Below are positions 54,878-64,000 of a stretch of 64,000 nucleotides of DNA, piece by piece. The notes beneath the pieces are model-generated. The model worked only from the letters and a program-made list of their open reading frames with translations. It made no database searches and had not been told where the DNA came from. The position numbers were made by a program, and so were the translations under genes. The stretch spans positions 59,119 through 123,118 of the forward strand of contig CALMAH010000038.1 in NCBI GenBank assembly GCA_937859595.1, read 5' to 3'. This DNA is from an uncultured Acidobacteriota bacterium (GTDB lineage Bacteria > Acidobacteriota > Blastocatellia > Pyrinomonadales > Pyrinomonadaceae). Position 1 is the first letter of the stretch. Each line of letters begins with the position of its first letter.

Positions 54878-55990
54878 ATGTTATTTAAAGCTTTATTCCT
54901 ACCCTTACTTTTTGCCGTTGCTCTCATATTCGTGCTGTGCCTTGATATTGTCGGTCAGACGCCAAGTCCTACTCCTGCGGAAGAGAACGAAGTTATCAGG
55001 ATCGAGACAGAGCTTATAAATGTCCCGGTTACCGTGATCGACAGAGCGGGAAAGCCAATACTCGATCTGAAAAGATCGAACTTTACTGTTTATGAGGACG
55101 GCAAACAGCAGGAGATAACTGATTTTTCGACAACTTCCGCCCCTTTCGAGGTCGCCCTTTTGCTTGACACGTCGGGTTCTACGCGGGGTGATCTTGAACT
55201 GATAAAACGTTCGGCCCAATTATTCATAGAATCGCTCCGACCGGGAGACAGGGTATCTATAATTGCCTTTGAAAGTTCACCCGGCAAACAGCCCTCTCCG
55301 CAGATCCATACCCGGTTAACAGATGATCGGTCCCGATTGAAGACTGCTCTTCAGGCAGTGTCGCTTGGCAATGGAACGCCGTATTATGACAGTCTGATCG
55401 AAATAATGGATAAGGTCTTTTCAGGCGAGCCCGAAAAAGAGTTTCGCGGACGGCGGGCTTTAGTTGCATTGACCGATGGGGTTGATTCGACCAGCCTTAC
55501 TGACTTCGAAGAGGCAATGACAAGGATCGAGGGCGAGGGATTGATCACATATTTCATCAAAGTGGACACGCGAGGTTTTTTTGAATCCGAGTTGTTGGGG
55601 GACTGCCAGACCGCGATCCGCTTTTCGATGGCACAGATTCGCCGGTATTACCGTCTGATAGGTGCGAAGAATACGGAGCAGGCCGCAAATTTCTGCCAAC
55701 TCGGCGAATTTGAACGTCTGGCGGTAAGTAAGGCACTTTATGACCTGGCCGACAAGGAAATGGCACAACTTGCTCGGTCATCCGGTGGGAAGGTCTTTCC
55801 GGTAGGTGACCTTTCAGAAGCGCGTAATGCATTTCGCAGTGTCGCCGCGGAGATAGGGACAAATTATGGTCTTGGGTATTACACCTCGAATGAAGCGAGG
55901 GACGGGAGATTTCGCAGTATCCGCGTCGAGGTGAAAGGGCTGCCGGACGGGGCACAGGTGAGGGCACGAGAGGGATATACGGCACGATAA
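54878..55990 (+). CDS. VWFA-related acidobacterial-domain protein (TIGR03436-like)
   Basis: Signal peptide. IRIETELINVPVTVIDRAGKPILDLKRSNFTVYEDGKQQEI, then the VWA MIDAS LLDTSGST. Confidence 0.8.
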   Translation: MLFKALFLPLLFAVALIFVLCLDIVGQTPSPTPAEENEVIRIETELINVPVTVIDRAGKPILDLKRSNFTVYEDGKQQEITDFSTTSAPFEVALLLDTSGSTRGDLELIKRSAQLFIESLRPGDRVSIIAFESSPGKQPSPQIHTRLTDDRSRLKTALQAVSLGNGTPYYDSLIEIMDKVFSGEPEKEFRGRRALVALTDGVDSTSLTDFEEAMTRIEGEGLITYFIKVDTRGFFESELLGDCQTAIRFSMAQIRRYYRLIGAKNTEQAANFCQLGEFERLAVSKALYDLADKEMAQLARSSGGKVFPVGDLSEARNAFRSVAAEIGTNYGLGYYTSNEARDGRFRSIRVEVKGLPDGAQVRAREGYTAR

Positions 55991-56044
55991 AGCAGTCTGC
56001 CCCGCTGGATTTAAAAACGAGAAGTATTCCCATAGAATTACATT

Positions 56045-57226
56045 ATGGAGTCCAAATTCAACCGTATTTGTCTGATAGTTCTGGATTCGGCCGGTATCGG
56101 AGCGATGCCGGATGCCGCCGAATGGGGCGACGCAGGGGCAGACACTCTCGGCAATGTTTTCAAAGGCCGAAAGGTAAATGTGCCAGATCTTGAGCGGCTT
56201 GGGCTGGGAAATATCAGACCGCTTGATGGTGTGCCAGCTGCGGCGGAGCCGATTGGTTCCTATGGCAAATGCGCATTGAGATCGAACGGCAAGGACACCA
56301 CGACCGGGCATTGGGAAATGGCGGGAATAATCCTTGAAAAGGCGTTTCCGACATTTCCGGACGGTTTTCCCGACAGGATCATAAACGAATTTGTAGCTCA
56401 GACAGGTGTTCCGGGAATAATCGGCAATGTTCCCGCCAGCGGCACGGAGATCATCAAGGAATTGGGCGAAGAACATGTTCGCACGGGAAAGCCGATAGTT
56501 TACACCTCGGCTGATTCGGTATTTCAGATCGCGGCCCACGAAGAGGTCGTGCTAATTGACCGCCTTTACGAAATATGCGAAACAGCCCGACGGATATTGG
56601 ACGGTGAGCACAAGGTAGGACGGGTGATCGCCCGGCCGTTTCTGGGAAACAATGCTGCCGATTTCTGGAGGACAGAAAATCGTCACGATTATGCCGTGCC
56701 GCCTCCGGCCGAAAATCTGCTGCCGCTGTTAAAAGATGCGGGTCTGGACGTTGTTTGTATTGGCAAGATCGCTTCTATCTATGATTCTGTCGGAGTGACC
56801 GAGGAGCTGACCGGCAAAAACAACGATCAGGTGATCGACCAGACCGTAAATGCCCTTGAGGCGGACTCCGCTGGTCTCATCTTCAGTAATCTTGTCGATT
56901 TCGATATGCTTTACGGCCATCGCCGCGATCCGGAAGGCTACGCAAAGGCCCTGGAACACTTCGACCGCCGCCTGCCGGAGATCTTTAATGCTATGCGGGA
57001 CGACGATCTTCTGATCCTGACCGCTGACCACGGCAACGACCCCACCTTCCCGGGCAGTGACCATACACGCGAATATGTCCCGCTGCTTGTTTACGGCAAA
57101 AATGCAAAAGCGGGCGTCGATCTCGGCACACGCGGTTCGCTTGCGGATATCGGACAGACCGTTGCAGAGAATTTCGGTCTCAAATTGCAGGCAGGCGAGA
57201 GTTTTCTTGCCGATTTAATGTGGTAA
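56045..57226 (+). CDS. deoB: Phosphopentomutase
   Basis: LIVLDSAGIGAMPDA.., TADHGNDP. Confidence 0.9.
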   Translation: MESKFNRICLIVLDSAGIGAMPDAAEWGDAGADTLGNVFKGRKVNVPDLERLGLGNIRPLDGVPAAAEPIGSYGKCALRSNGKDTTTGHWEMAGIILEKAFPTFPDGFPDRIINEFVAQTGVPGIIGNVPASGTEIIKELGEEHVRTGKPIVYTSADSVFQIAAHEEVVLIDRLYEICETARRILDGEHKVGRVIARPFLGNNAADFWRTENRHDYAVPPPAENLLPLLKDAGLDVVCIGKIASIYDSVGVTEELTGKNNDQVIDQTVNALEADSAGLIFSNLVDFDMLYGHRRDPEGYAKALEHFDRRLPEIFNAMRDDDLLILTADHGNDPTFPGSDHTREYVPLLVYGKNAKAGVDLGTRGSLADIGQTVAENFGLKLQAGESFLADLMW

Positions 57227-57314
57227 CGAAAAAGGCCATTTTCTGAACACAGCTCAATGGCTCATGAACATTTGTCTTGGACATTCTTGAGTACTTTCTC
57301 CATTGGACACCTGT

Positions 57315-59033
57315 ATGAAAAATCCGACCATACTTCTGTTTTGTATTTTCATCGGTCACTTTGTCGCATTTGCCCAGATACCTGTTTCCGAACAGTCGTC
57401 GAGGCTGAGGCAGGCTATCGAGCATTACGAGCAGGACCGAGGGGCTCTTAATCGCTGGTATTCAGCGGAGACGTCGGAGGCGCGGCGGGATCGCTTTCGC
57501 CGGCTCTATTCGGAGCGTTTGGCGGATCTCGGGCGAATGGATTTTGCCCGGCTGGAGCATCATGAACAGGTCGATCATATACTCTTCCAATATCATTTGC
57601 GGCGCGAATTGCAGGAGCTTGACCGTCGAGCGGTACAGATCGAGGAGATGGCTGCGATCATTCCTTTCGCACGAGTTATTAGCGATCTTGAAGATCAAAG
57701 GCGTCGGCTTGAGGCGATAAATGCAGAGCAGACGGCTGCCAGGCTCGACGCACTTGCCCGGCAGATCGGCGAGACGCAAAAAGGATTTGAGAGCGGTGGT
57801 ACGGACAAACCGAAACGTACGGTCGCATATCGGGCTGTGCGAACCATCGCCTCGCTGCGTTCCACATTGAGAAATTGGTTCAATTACCACAATGGCTACG
57901 ATCCACAGTTTTCCTGGTGGAATAAGAAGCCATATGAAGCCGTAGAACAGGCTCTTCAGAAATATTCAGAGTACGTATCGAACAGGCTTGTCGGCATTGC
58001 ACCGGACGACCGGACTACCATCATCGGCGACCCGATAGGCCGCGAGGCCCTGATAAACGAGCTTCAGTTCGAGATGATCCCTTACACGCCGGAGGAACTG
58101 GTCGAGATCGCGAACAGGGAGTTTGAATGGTGCCAGGCCGAGCTGAGAAAAGCTTCGCGCGAGATGGGCTTTGGCGACGATTATATGAAGGCCATCGAGG
58201 CTGTTAAGCAGAAATATGTTGAGCCGGGCAAACAGCCTGAACTGATCCGCGATTTTGCCCTCGAGGCGATAGATTATGTAAAGAAGAACGATCTGCTGAC
58301 CGTGCCGAAGGAGGCCGAAGAGACATGGCGGATGGAGATGATGTCGCCGGAACGACAATTGGTCGCGCCGTTCTTTCTTGGCGGTGAGACAATTCTGGTT
58401 GCATACCCTACGGATACGATGACGCATGAGCAGAAGATGATGTCGCTGCGCGGAAACAATCCGCATTTTGCACGTGCCGTCACTCATCATGAGCTTATTC
58501 CAGGTCACCATATGCAGCAATTCATGAATCGGCGATATCGGACATACCGAATGCCCTTTAGAACGCCGTTCTGGGGCGAGGGATGGGCACTCTACTGGGA
58601 ATTTCTGTTATGGGACAGAGGGTTTGTGAAGACGCCGGAGGACAAGATCGGGGCTTTGTTCTGGCGATCTCACCGGGCTGCTCGGATCATTTTTTCGCTG
58701 AACTTCCATCTCGAAAAGATGACGCCGCAGGAATGTGTCGACCTCCTTGTGGACAAGGTCGGCCACGAACGCGAAAATGCGTTGGCAGAGGTAAGGCGGT
58801 CTTTCTCCGGCGATTATGGGCCACTTTACCAGATAGCGTATATGATCGGCGGGTTGCAGTTCTATCAACTTCATCGTGATCTCGTCGGTAACGGCAAGAT
58901 GACCGACCGGGCATTCCACGATGCCATACTCAAAGAGGGATCGATCCCGGTAGAGATGGTAAGGGCGATATTGACCAAACAGGCGTTAACGCCGGAACAT
59001 CGACCGAGCTGGAGGTTCTACTCGCTCAGGTAG
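57315..59033 (+). CDS. DUF885-family protein
   Basis: Signal peptide from the ATG at 57315. HELIPGHHMQ is the motif typical of DUF885. Confidence 0.8.
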   Translation: MKNPTILLFCIFIGHFVAFAQIPVSEQSSRLRQAIEHYEQDRGALNRWYSAETSEARRDRFRRLYSERLADLGRMDFARLEHHEQVDHILFQYHLRRELQELDRRAVQIEEMAAIIPFARVISDLEDQRRRLEAINAEQTAARLDALARQIGETQKGFESGGTDKPKRTVAYRAVRTIASLRSTLRNWFNYHNGYDPQFSWWNKKPYEAVEQALQKYSEYVSNRLVGIAPDDRTTIIGDPIGREALINELQFEMIPYTPEELVEIANREFEWCQAELRKASREMGFGDDYMKAIEAVKQKYVEPGKQPELIRDFALEAIDYVKKNDLLTVPKEAEETWRMEMMSPERQLVAPFFLGGETILVAYPTDTMTHEQKMMSLRGNNPHFARAVTHHELIPGHHMQQFMNRRYRTYRMPFRTPFWGEGWALYWEFLLWDRGFVKTPEDKIGALFWRSHRAARIIFSLNFHLEKMTPQECVDLLVDKVGHERENALAEVRRSFSGDYGPLYQIAYMIGGLQFYQLHRDLVGNGKMTDRAFHDAILKEGSIPVEMVRAILTKQALTPEHRPSWRFYSLR

Positions 59034-59079
59034 CAACACTAATTTCGGAGAACGATCAATAGGGAAGAATATTTGCTAT

Positions 59080-59727
59080 ATGAAACACTTTTTATTGATA
59101 TTATTCGTTGCGGCGGCGATCGCCTGCGGAGGGCATTCAGAACACGACGGTCATGATCATTCCGGCCACGACCTCACCGCCCATGACCACTCCACGATGG
59201 ATCATTCGTCCCATGACCATTCGGCGATGGAGAGTTCGCCCGGAGCTGCCGAAGCTCCCGCCGACCTTCAGTTCATCGATACTATGATCGCCCATCATCA
59301 GGGGGCGGTTGACATGGCAAAAATGGCCGAGACACAGGCGGAAAGGCCCGAGCTTAAGAAACTTGCGGCAGCGATCATCGCCGATCAGGAACGCGAGATC
59401 ACCGGTATGAAACAGTGGAGAAATGAGTGGTTCAAGGACGCAAAGCCGGCGATCAACATGGATTACCCGGGAATGCGCGAGGGAATGGAGCCTATGGATA
59501 TGAAAAAGCTGGGCTCGCTGCGCGGTAAAGATTTCGATCGCGAATTTCTTGTCCAGATGATCCCCCATCACGAAGGGGCTCTGACGATGTCAGAAGCTCT
59601 TCTAGGAAAACACGGCACCCCGTTCTCGACCGACCGCGACATTCTGAAACGATTCGCAAATGGGATAATTAGGTCACAGTCTGAAGAGATCGAGCAAATG
59701 AAGAAATGGCTTGACGAATGGAAATGA
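59080..59727 (+). CDS. DUF305-family protein with a His-rich N-terminal tract
   Basis: Lipobox-like AIAC, the GHSEHDGHDHSGHDLTAHDHSTMDHSSHDHS tract, and two MIAHHQGA / MIPHHEGA DUF305 motifs. Confidence 0.8.
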   Translation: MKHFLLILFVAAAIACGGHSEHDGHDHSGHDLTAHDHSTMDHSSHDHSAMESSPGAAEAPADLQFIDTMIAHHQGAVDMAKMAETQAERPELKKLAAAIIADQEREITGMKQWRNEWFKDAKPAINMDYPGMREGMEPMDMKKLGSLRGKDFDREFLVQMIPHHEGALTMSEALLGKHGTPFSTDRDILKRFANGIIRSQSEEIEQMKKWLDEWK

Positions 59728-59886
59728 GCTGATCTAGGGCAGGCATACGATTCTGAGCTTGAAGTATTGCCATGACTACTTTCATAACTCTCACCCTATT
59801 GACTGTCGCGTCTTCAGATTTGCCGAGCACAGATTTCTGAACTATTTTAGAATAAAGCGTTTCCGATCGATCTGGGGAGAGAGTCT

Positions 59887-60108
59887 ATGTCAAAGGACGT
59901 AATTCATAAAGACGGAGAGGAGAAGGTCGTTCGCGAGGACGTGGCAAAGGCCCACCGAGGTTTCCGATGGGCGTTTCTTAGTATTCTGGCGTTCATACTG
60001 ATACTTTTGGTCCTGTTTCTGGGCGGCTTCATTACGTGGACCACGGCGCCGGATCCGGCCGCGGTCCCTACGCCGACACCGACCGATAAGGAGCGCGCTG
60101 TGCCCTAG
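59887..60108 (+). CDS. Small single-TM protein, hypothetical
   Basis: 73-aa ORF with one clear TM helix and a GGGGAGAG RBS-like stretch upstream. Confidence 0.35.
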   Translation: MSKDVIHKDGEEKVVREDVAKAHRGFRWAFLSILAFILILLVLFLGGFITWTTAPDPAAVPTPTPTDKERAVP

Positions 60109-60141
60109 TTTCGTTTGTTTGCTGGACAATGTTCGGCAAGC

Positions 60142-61236
60142 ATGAGTTTTGCGAAGATCTTGTCTGTGTTAGTGTTGGGCATCGAGAGTTCCTGTGACGA
60201 AACGGCCGCCGCACTTGTGCGCGACGGCCGAGAGATTCTTTCGTCCGTTGTCGCTTCGCAGATTGACCTACACTCGCGATTTGGCGGAGTAGTGCCCGAA
60301 CTTGCATCCCGAGAACATCTCTTAAAAATAGAACCGGTAGTAGCGGAGGCCCTGAAGAGAGCCGGGGTCGCGATCGGTGAGGTCGATGCTGTGGCCGTAA
60401 CCCAAGGCCCGGGCTTGGTCGGCTCGCTGCTGGTAGGTGTTTCCTACGCAAAGGCACTGACGTTCGGCCTCGGCATTCCACTGGTTGGTGTAAATCATAT
60501 CGAAGGGCATGTTTACTCGATCGTTTTTGACAATCCGCCCGTTCGATATCCGGCAATGGCTCTCATAGTTTCGGGCGGCCATACAAATCTTTTTTACATT
60601 CCCGAAGAAGGCCAGTACGAACTTGTGTCCCGCACCCGGGATGATGCCGCCGGCGAAGCTTTCGACAAGGTTGCCAAGATGTTAGACCTTGGCTATCCTG
60701 GCGGGCCGGCTATAGAGAAGCTTGCCAAGACCGGCGACCCCCAAAAGATCAGGTTCCCGAGGGCGAAGATCTCCGATGGAAAACCGGATTTCAGTTTTAG
60801 CGGGCTGAAAACGGCAGTGGTCAGACACCTCGCCGAAATGCCCACGAAGGAACAGGGTAAGGAAATTTGGTCAAAGGCCATTTCAGATGTAGCTGCTAGT
60901 TTTCAAGCCGAGGTCGTTGGAGCACTTGTTGATACGTTCGAGAAAGAGGCTCGCTTGCGGAGCCCAAAGACGCTAATTGTCGCCGGTGGCGTCGCATGCA
61001 ATAAAGTACTTCGTGAGGCCGCTTACGCTGTAGGCGATAGGCTGGGAATTCCGGTTTATATTTCGTCGCCCCACCTTTCTACGGATAATGCTGCTATGAT
61101 CGCCGCCGCAGGATATTTTTATTTGCAGCGAGGAATGGTGTCCGACGCCACAATGACCGCAGATGTCACGATCCGATTGCAAAATATTGGCATGGAAAAA
61201 GACGGGGATCAAAAACGAAAGCGCTACAAAACCTAA
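60142..61236 (+). CDS. tsaD: tRNA N6-adenosine threonylcarbamoyltransferase
   Basis: LGIESSCDETAAA, HIEGH, SGGHT. ATG at 60142 is preferred. Confidence 0.9.
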   Translation: MSFAKILSVLVLGIESSCDETAAALVRDGREILSSVVASQIDLHSRFGGVVPELASREHLLKIEPVVAEALKRAGVAIGEVDAVAVTQGPGLVGSLLVGVSYAKALTFGLGIPLVGVNHIEGHVYSIVFDNPPVRYPAMALIVSGGHTNLFYIPEEGQYELVSRTRDDAAGEAFDKVAKMLDLGYPGGPAIEKLAKTGDPQKIRFPRAKISDGKPDFSFSGLKTAVVRHLAEMPTKEQGKEIWSKAISDVAASFQAEVVGALVDTFEKEARLRSPKTLIVAGGVACNKVLREAAYAVGDRLGIPVYISSPHLSTDNAAMIAAAGYFYLQRGMVSDATMTADVTIRLQNIGMEKDGDQKRKRYKT

Positions 61237-61466
61237 ACGTATTGCAAATGCCTGCCACGCATAGATATACTTACCTTGCCCACCTTTCGGATTCTTTCGG
61301 TTCCTCGTTCTGAGGAATTGGTCGAGATGTCTAGATGTTCGGGTTGCGGCCCGTTAATGCAATGCGTCCCTTACTGAAACCAAGCGACGATTGGGCTCAA
61401 CGCATAGAAGGCGGCTCGGCATGGACGGCGAATTTGGCATTTGTACAGTTTCACAGAGGTAGATAA

Positions 61467-63455
61467 ATGAAAAAATCGAAGCTTTTCATCGTAGTTGTGG
61501 CCCTATTGCTGGGGGGAATGCTCAGCGCCATTGCACAGACCGCCCCGGGGCCTCCGTTTCGCCTCAGGCAAAACTTCTTTACCGGACTGTCGTCGCCATT
61601 GCTGGTCACGAACGCTATGGACGGCACCCGCCGCGTCTTCATCGTCGAACGGGGTGGCATTATCAAGGTTGCTGCACCAGCCTCAAATAGCACGACCAAT
61701 TTCATGAATATAACGGCCCGTGTGCTCTCGGGTGGCGAACGCGGGCTTCTCGGCCTTGCCTTTCACCCGGAATTCGCAACGAACAGCTTCTTTTTCGTGA
61801 ACTACACTCGACAAACCGATGGGGCGACGGTTATCTCAAGATTCCGGGCCATAAACAACAATACTGTAGGCGATACGAACAGCGAGAGAATATTGATGAC
61901 CATTCCCCAGCCGTTCTCGAACCATAACGGTGGGATGATCGGGTTTAGGGAAGATAGACCCGGGGAATACAACCTATATGTCGGAATGGGAGACGGCGGC
62001 TCCGGTAACGATCCGGGGAACAGGGCACAGAACATCAACGATCTGCACGGCAAGTTCCTCAGGATAACTCCGGATGTCTCCGGGGTGGACACGAACCCGC
62101 CTTATACGGTCCCGCCTGATAATCCTTACGTAGGAGTGAATGGGCTCGATGAGATATATGCGATCGGGGTTCGTAATCCATGGCGATGGTCGTTCGACCG
62201 CGGAGGTGCCAACCAGCTTTATGCGGGTGATGTCGGGCAAAATGCGATCGAAGAAGTCTCGTTGATAACGCTGGGCGGCAACTATGGTTGGCGGGTTTAT
62301 GAGGGCACCCAATGTACGGGCATCGACCCCGGCCTCTGTAACCCGGGTAATTACATAATGCCGATCTTGCAATACAGTCAAGGCGCAGGTCGATGTTCCA
62401 TAACCGGCGGATATGTTTATCGCGGTGTGCAAAATGCTCTCAACGTTGGAACGTACATCTACGGGGACTATTGTACCGGCGAGATCTGGAAGTGGGAGAA
62501 CGGTCAGCAGACACTAATGGTTGACACCCCTCGGAACATCGCATCGTTTGGCGAGGATGAAGACGGAGAACTCTACGTTGTGGGTCTCGGCGGGACTGTT
62601 GACAAAGTGCTGGGAAATAGGACGTCAGCTGATTTTGACGGTGACCTCAAAACGGATGTCGGTGTTTTCAGGCCGTCAGATGGCCTCTGGTTCGTATTGA
62701 ACAGCGGAGCGGCCTCGGCGACCGTGCGGCAATTTGGGACCGAAGGGGACATCCCCGTGACGAAGGACTGGGATGGCGACGGTATCGCCGATATCGCCGT
62801 TTTCCGGCCGAGCACGGGCGTTTGGTATATCTTTCAAAGCAGTACCAATACGCCGCTTATCGTTCCTTTCGGAAGTGCCGGTGACATTCCGGCCGTTGGA
62901 GACTATGACGGTGACGGAAAGGCCGATTTCGCGCTTTTCCGGCCGTCGACGGGAATCTGGTACATACTTCGCTCGCGAGATCTGGAACTCACCATCCTCC
63001 AATTCGGCAGCGAGGGTGACATCCCGACTCCGGGGGATTGGGATGGCGACGGCTGGTATGACGTTGCGGTTTGGCGTCCTTCGACCGGTGTCTGGTACCG
63101 ATTGAACAGTTCGAATGGTTCTTTTGGCGCGGTCCAGTTCGGCAGCCAGGGTGACATTCCTGCTCAGGGAGATTTCGACGGTGATATGAAGAACGACTTC
63201 GCAGTTTTCCGGCCGTCGACGGGACTTTGGTATATTCTCCGGAGTTCAGACTCCGGCGTGCAGATCCACGCATGGGGCACGGAGGGCGATATTCCGGTGG
63301 TAGGGGATTATGATGGTGATTTCCGGGACGATATTGCCGTCTATCGTCCATCTACGGGGGTCTGGTACGTACTTCAAAGTTCGAACGGCATTCTCTTTGC
63401 GGTCCAGTTCGGTGCCAGTACAGACCTTCCGATACCGGCGTATGATGCTCCATAG
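61467..63455 (+). CDS. PQQ-dependent (sorbosone/glucose dehydrogenase-like) beta-propeller fused to six C-terminal ~45-aa repeats
   Basis: Signal peptide. GERGLLGLAFHP and NHNGG are sugar-dehydrogenase motifs. Six DxDGDxxxD..(F/W/Y)RPSxGxW(Y/F) repeats follow. Confidence 0.8.
   Translation: MKKSKLFIVVVALLLGGMLSAIAQTAPGPPFRLRQNFFTGLSSPLLVTNAMDGTRRVFIVERGGIIKVAAPASNSTTNFMNITARVLSGGERGLLGLAFHPEFATNSFFFVNYTRQTDGATVISRFRAINNNTVGDTNSERILMTIPQPFSNHNGGMIGFREDRPGEYNLYVGMGDGGSGNDPGNRAQNINDLHGKFLRITPDVSGVDTNPPYTVPPDNPYVGVNGLDEIYAIGVRNPWRWSFDRGGANQLYAGDVGQNAIEEVSLITLGGNYGWRVYEGTQCTGIDPGLCNPGNYIMPILQYSQGAGRCSITGGYVYRGVQNALNVGTYIYGDYCTGEIWKWENGQQTLMVDTPRNIASFGEDEDGELYVVGLGGTVDKVLGNRTSADFDGDLKTDVGVFRPSDGLWFVLNSGAASATVRQFGTEGDIPVTKDWDGDGIADIAVFRPSTGVWYIFQSSTNTPLIVPFGSAGDIPAVGDYDGDGKADFALFRPSTGIWYILRSRDLELTILQFGSEGDIPTPGDWDGDGWYDVAVWRPSTGVWYRLNSSNGSFGAVQFGSQGDIPAQGDFDGDMKNDFAVFRPSTGLWYILRSSDSGVQIHAWGTEGDIPVVGDYDGDFRDDIAVYRPSTGVWYVLQSSNGILFAVQFGASTDLPIPAYDAP
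62631..63452 (+). repeat. In-CDS tandem repeats: six ~135-nt / 45-aa units
   Basis: Units begin DFDGDLKTD, DWDGDGIAD, DYDGDGKAD, DWDGDGWYD, DFDGDMKND and DYDGDFRDD. Confidence 0.8.
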
Positions 63456-63477
63456 GGCCAAATGGACATAATGCCGT

Positions 63478-64000
63478 TCAGCCGGCGCGGGCAAGCGTAA
63501 GTACATTCACGCGGTCCGCGCCTTTTTGCTTTAGGGCTTTCGCACATGCCGACGCCGTCGCCCCCGATGTGAGCACATCGTCCACTAGCAAGATCGAATG
63601 GCCTGCCACCCTTCGCGGTCGCTTTATCTCGAACGCGTTCTTTACGGACATTTGGCGGGCTTTAGTGTCCATTCCCGCACGATGCATCGCTGTGTGGGAC
63701 CGGCGGATCAGGCTCAGGCCGTCTGTTGGCAGGGAGGTGCGGGCCGCTAGGGCCTTTGCGATCACCTCTGCCTGATTGAAACCTCTTTCCCGCATTCGCT
63801 GTCGGGAAAGCGGTACCGGTACTATTAACGTGGTCTCGTCAATGAAATGTTCCCGGAAATGCCAAGCGACCAAGTCAGCGACCCTAGCGGGCAGGACCGG
63901 CCGATTTTTCAGATGCAGGATGGTTTTGGCGAACGCCCCTTCATAGGGTGCGACCGCACGCGCGGTTTCGTAAAAATGGTCAGAGCAGGCGTGACAGAAA
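63478..64000 (-). CDS. ComF-family phosphoribosyltransferase-domain protein; its 5' end lies beyond the window
   Basis: ILLVDDVLTSGATA is the PRTase motif. The reading frame stays open from 63874 to the window end (..ARAVAPYEGAFAKTILHLKNRP..), so the listed start at 63873 is internal. Confidence 0.75.
   Translation of the reverse strand, partial: FCHACSDHFYETARAVAPYEGAFAKTILHLKNRPVLPARVADLVAWHFREHFIDETTLIVPVPLSRQRMRERGFNQAEVIAKALAARTSLPTDGLSLIRRSHTAMHRAGMDTKARQMSVKNAFEIKRPRRVAGHSILLVDDVLTSGATASACAKALKQKGADRVNVLTLARAG

Overview
This is a 64 kb chromosomal segment. It is probably from an Acidobacteriota genome, inferred from a TIGR03436-style VWFA protein, a CarboxypepD_reg TonB-dependent receptor, an S46 peptidase and gene style. 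I had no search tools, so all calls rest on motifs I recognise in the supplied ORF translations and on reading the DNA directly.

Layout:
- 0.5-11.2 kb: MurNAc/GlcNAc (peptidoglycan) salvage locus with murQ, a BadF-type sugar kinase, a LysR regulator, a beta-lactamase-fold+DUF1343(NamZ) fusion, a TonB receptor and nagA.
- 11.2-14 kb: CpxP/Spy-like gene divergent from an OmpR/HK pair.
- 14.4-21.2 kb: lipid-related minus-strand cluster with an acyl-AMP ligase-ACP-PlsC tri-domain protein, a TIM-barrel protein, an FAD/NAD(P) protein, a YegS-type lipid kinase and a lipoprotein.
- 21.6-34.6 kb: visibly AT-richer accessory / defence island.
- 34.6-64 kb: housekeeping genes. These include S46 and M23 peptidases, an ECF sigma module, nrdR, lon, an MltD-like transglycosylase, GntR/Rrf2/YceI/ADH/trxA, an ArsR-rhodanese-MBL-TauE sulfide operon, an orphan EncFtn, VWFA, deoB, DUF885, DUF305, tsaD, a PQQ-type sugar dehydrogenase with six C-terminal repeats, and a partial comF.

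The main candidate for something undescribed is a tightly packed four-gene operon at 21788-30382. It reads Type III-like Res helicase-nuclease, then GmrSD-type DUF262/DUF1524 enzyme, then beta-class DPPY Mod methyltransferase, then a SIR2-like (DUF4917-type) protein carrying the GxGxS, TTNYD and LHG sirtuin signatures. A PIN-like gene converges on it, and an hsdR C-terminal remnant lies just beyond.

Next to that lies an unexplained non-coding block:
- two diverged G-rich direct repeats flanking a small Cys-motif gene;
- a 14-15 copy, 21-bp dyad-symmetric tandem array;
- a near-consensus promoter with a structured leader in front of an orphan ORF.

I found no rRNA, tRNA, CRISPR array, integrase or transposase.
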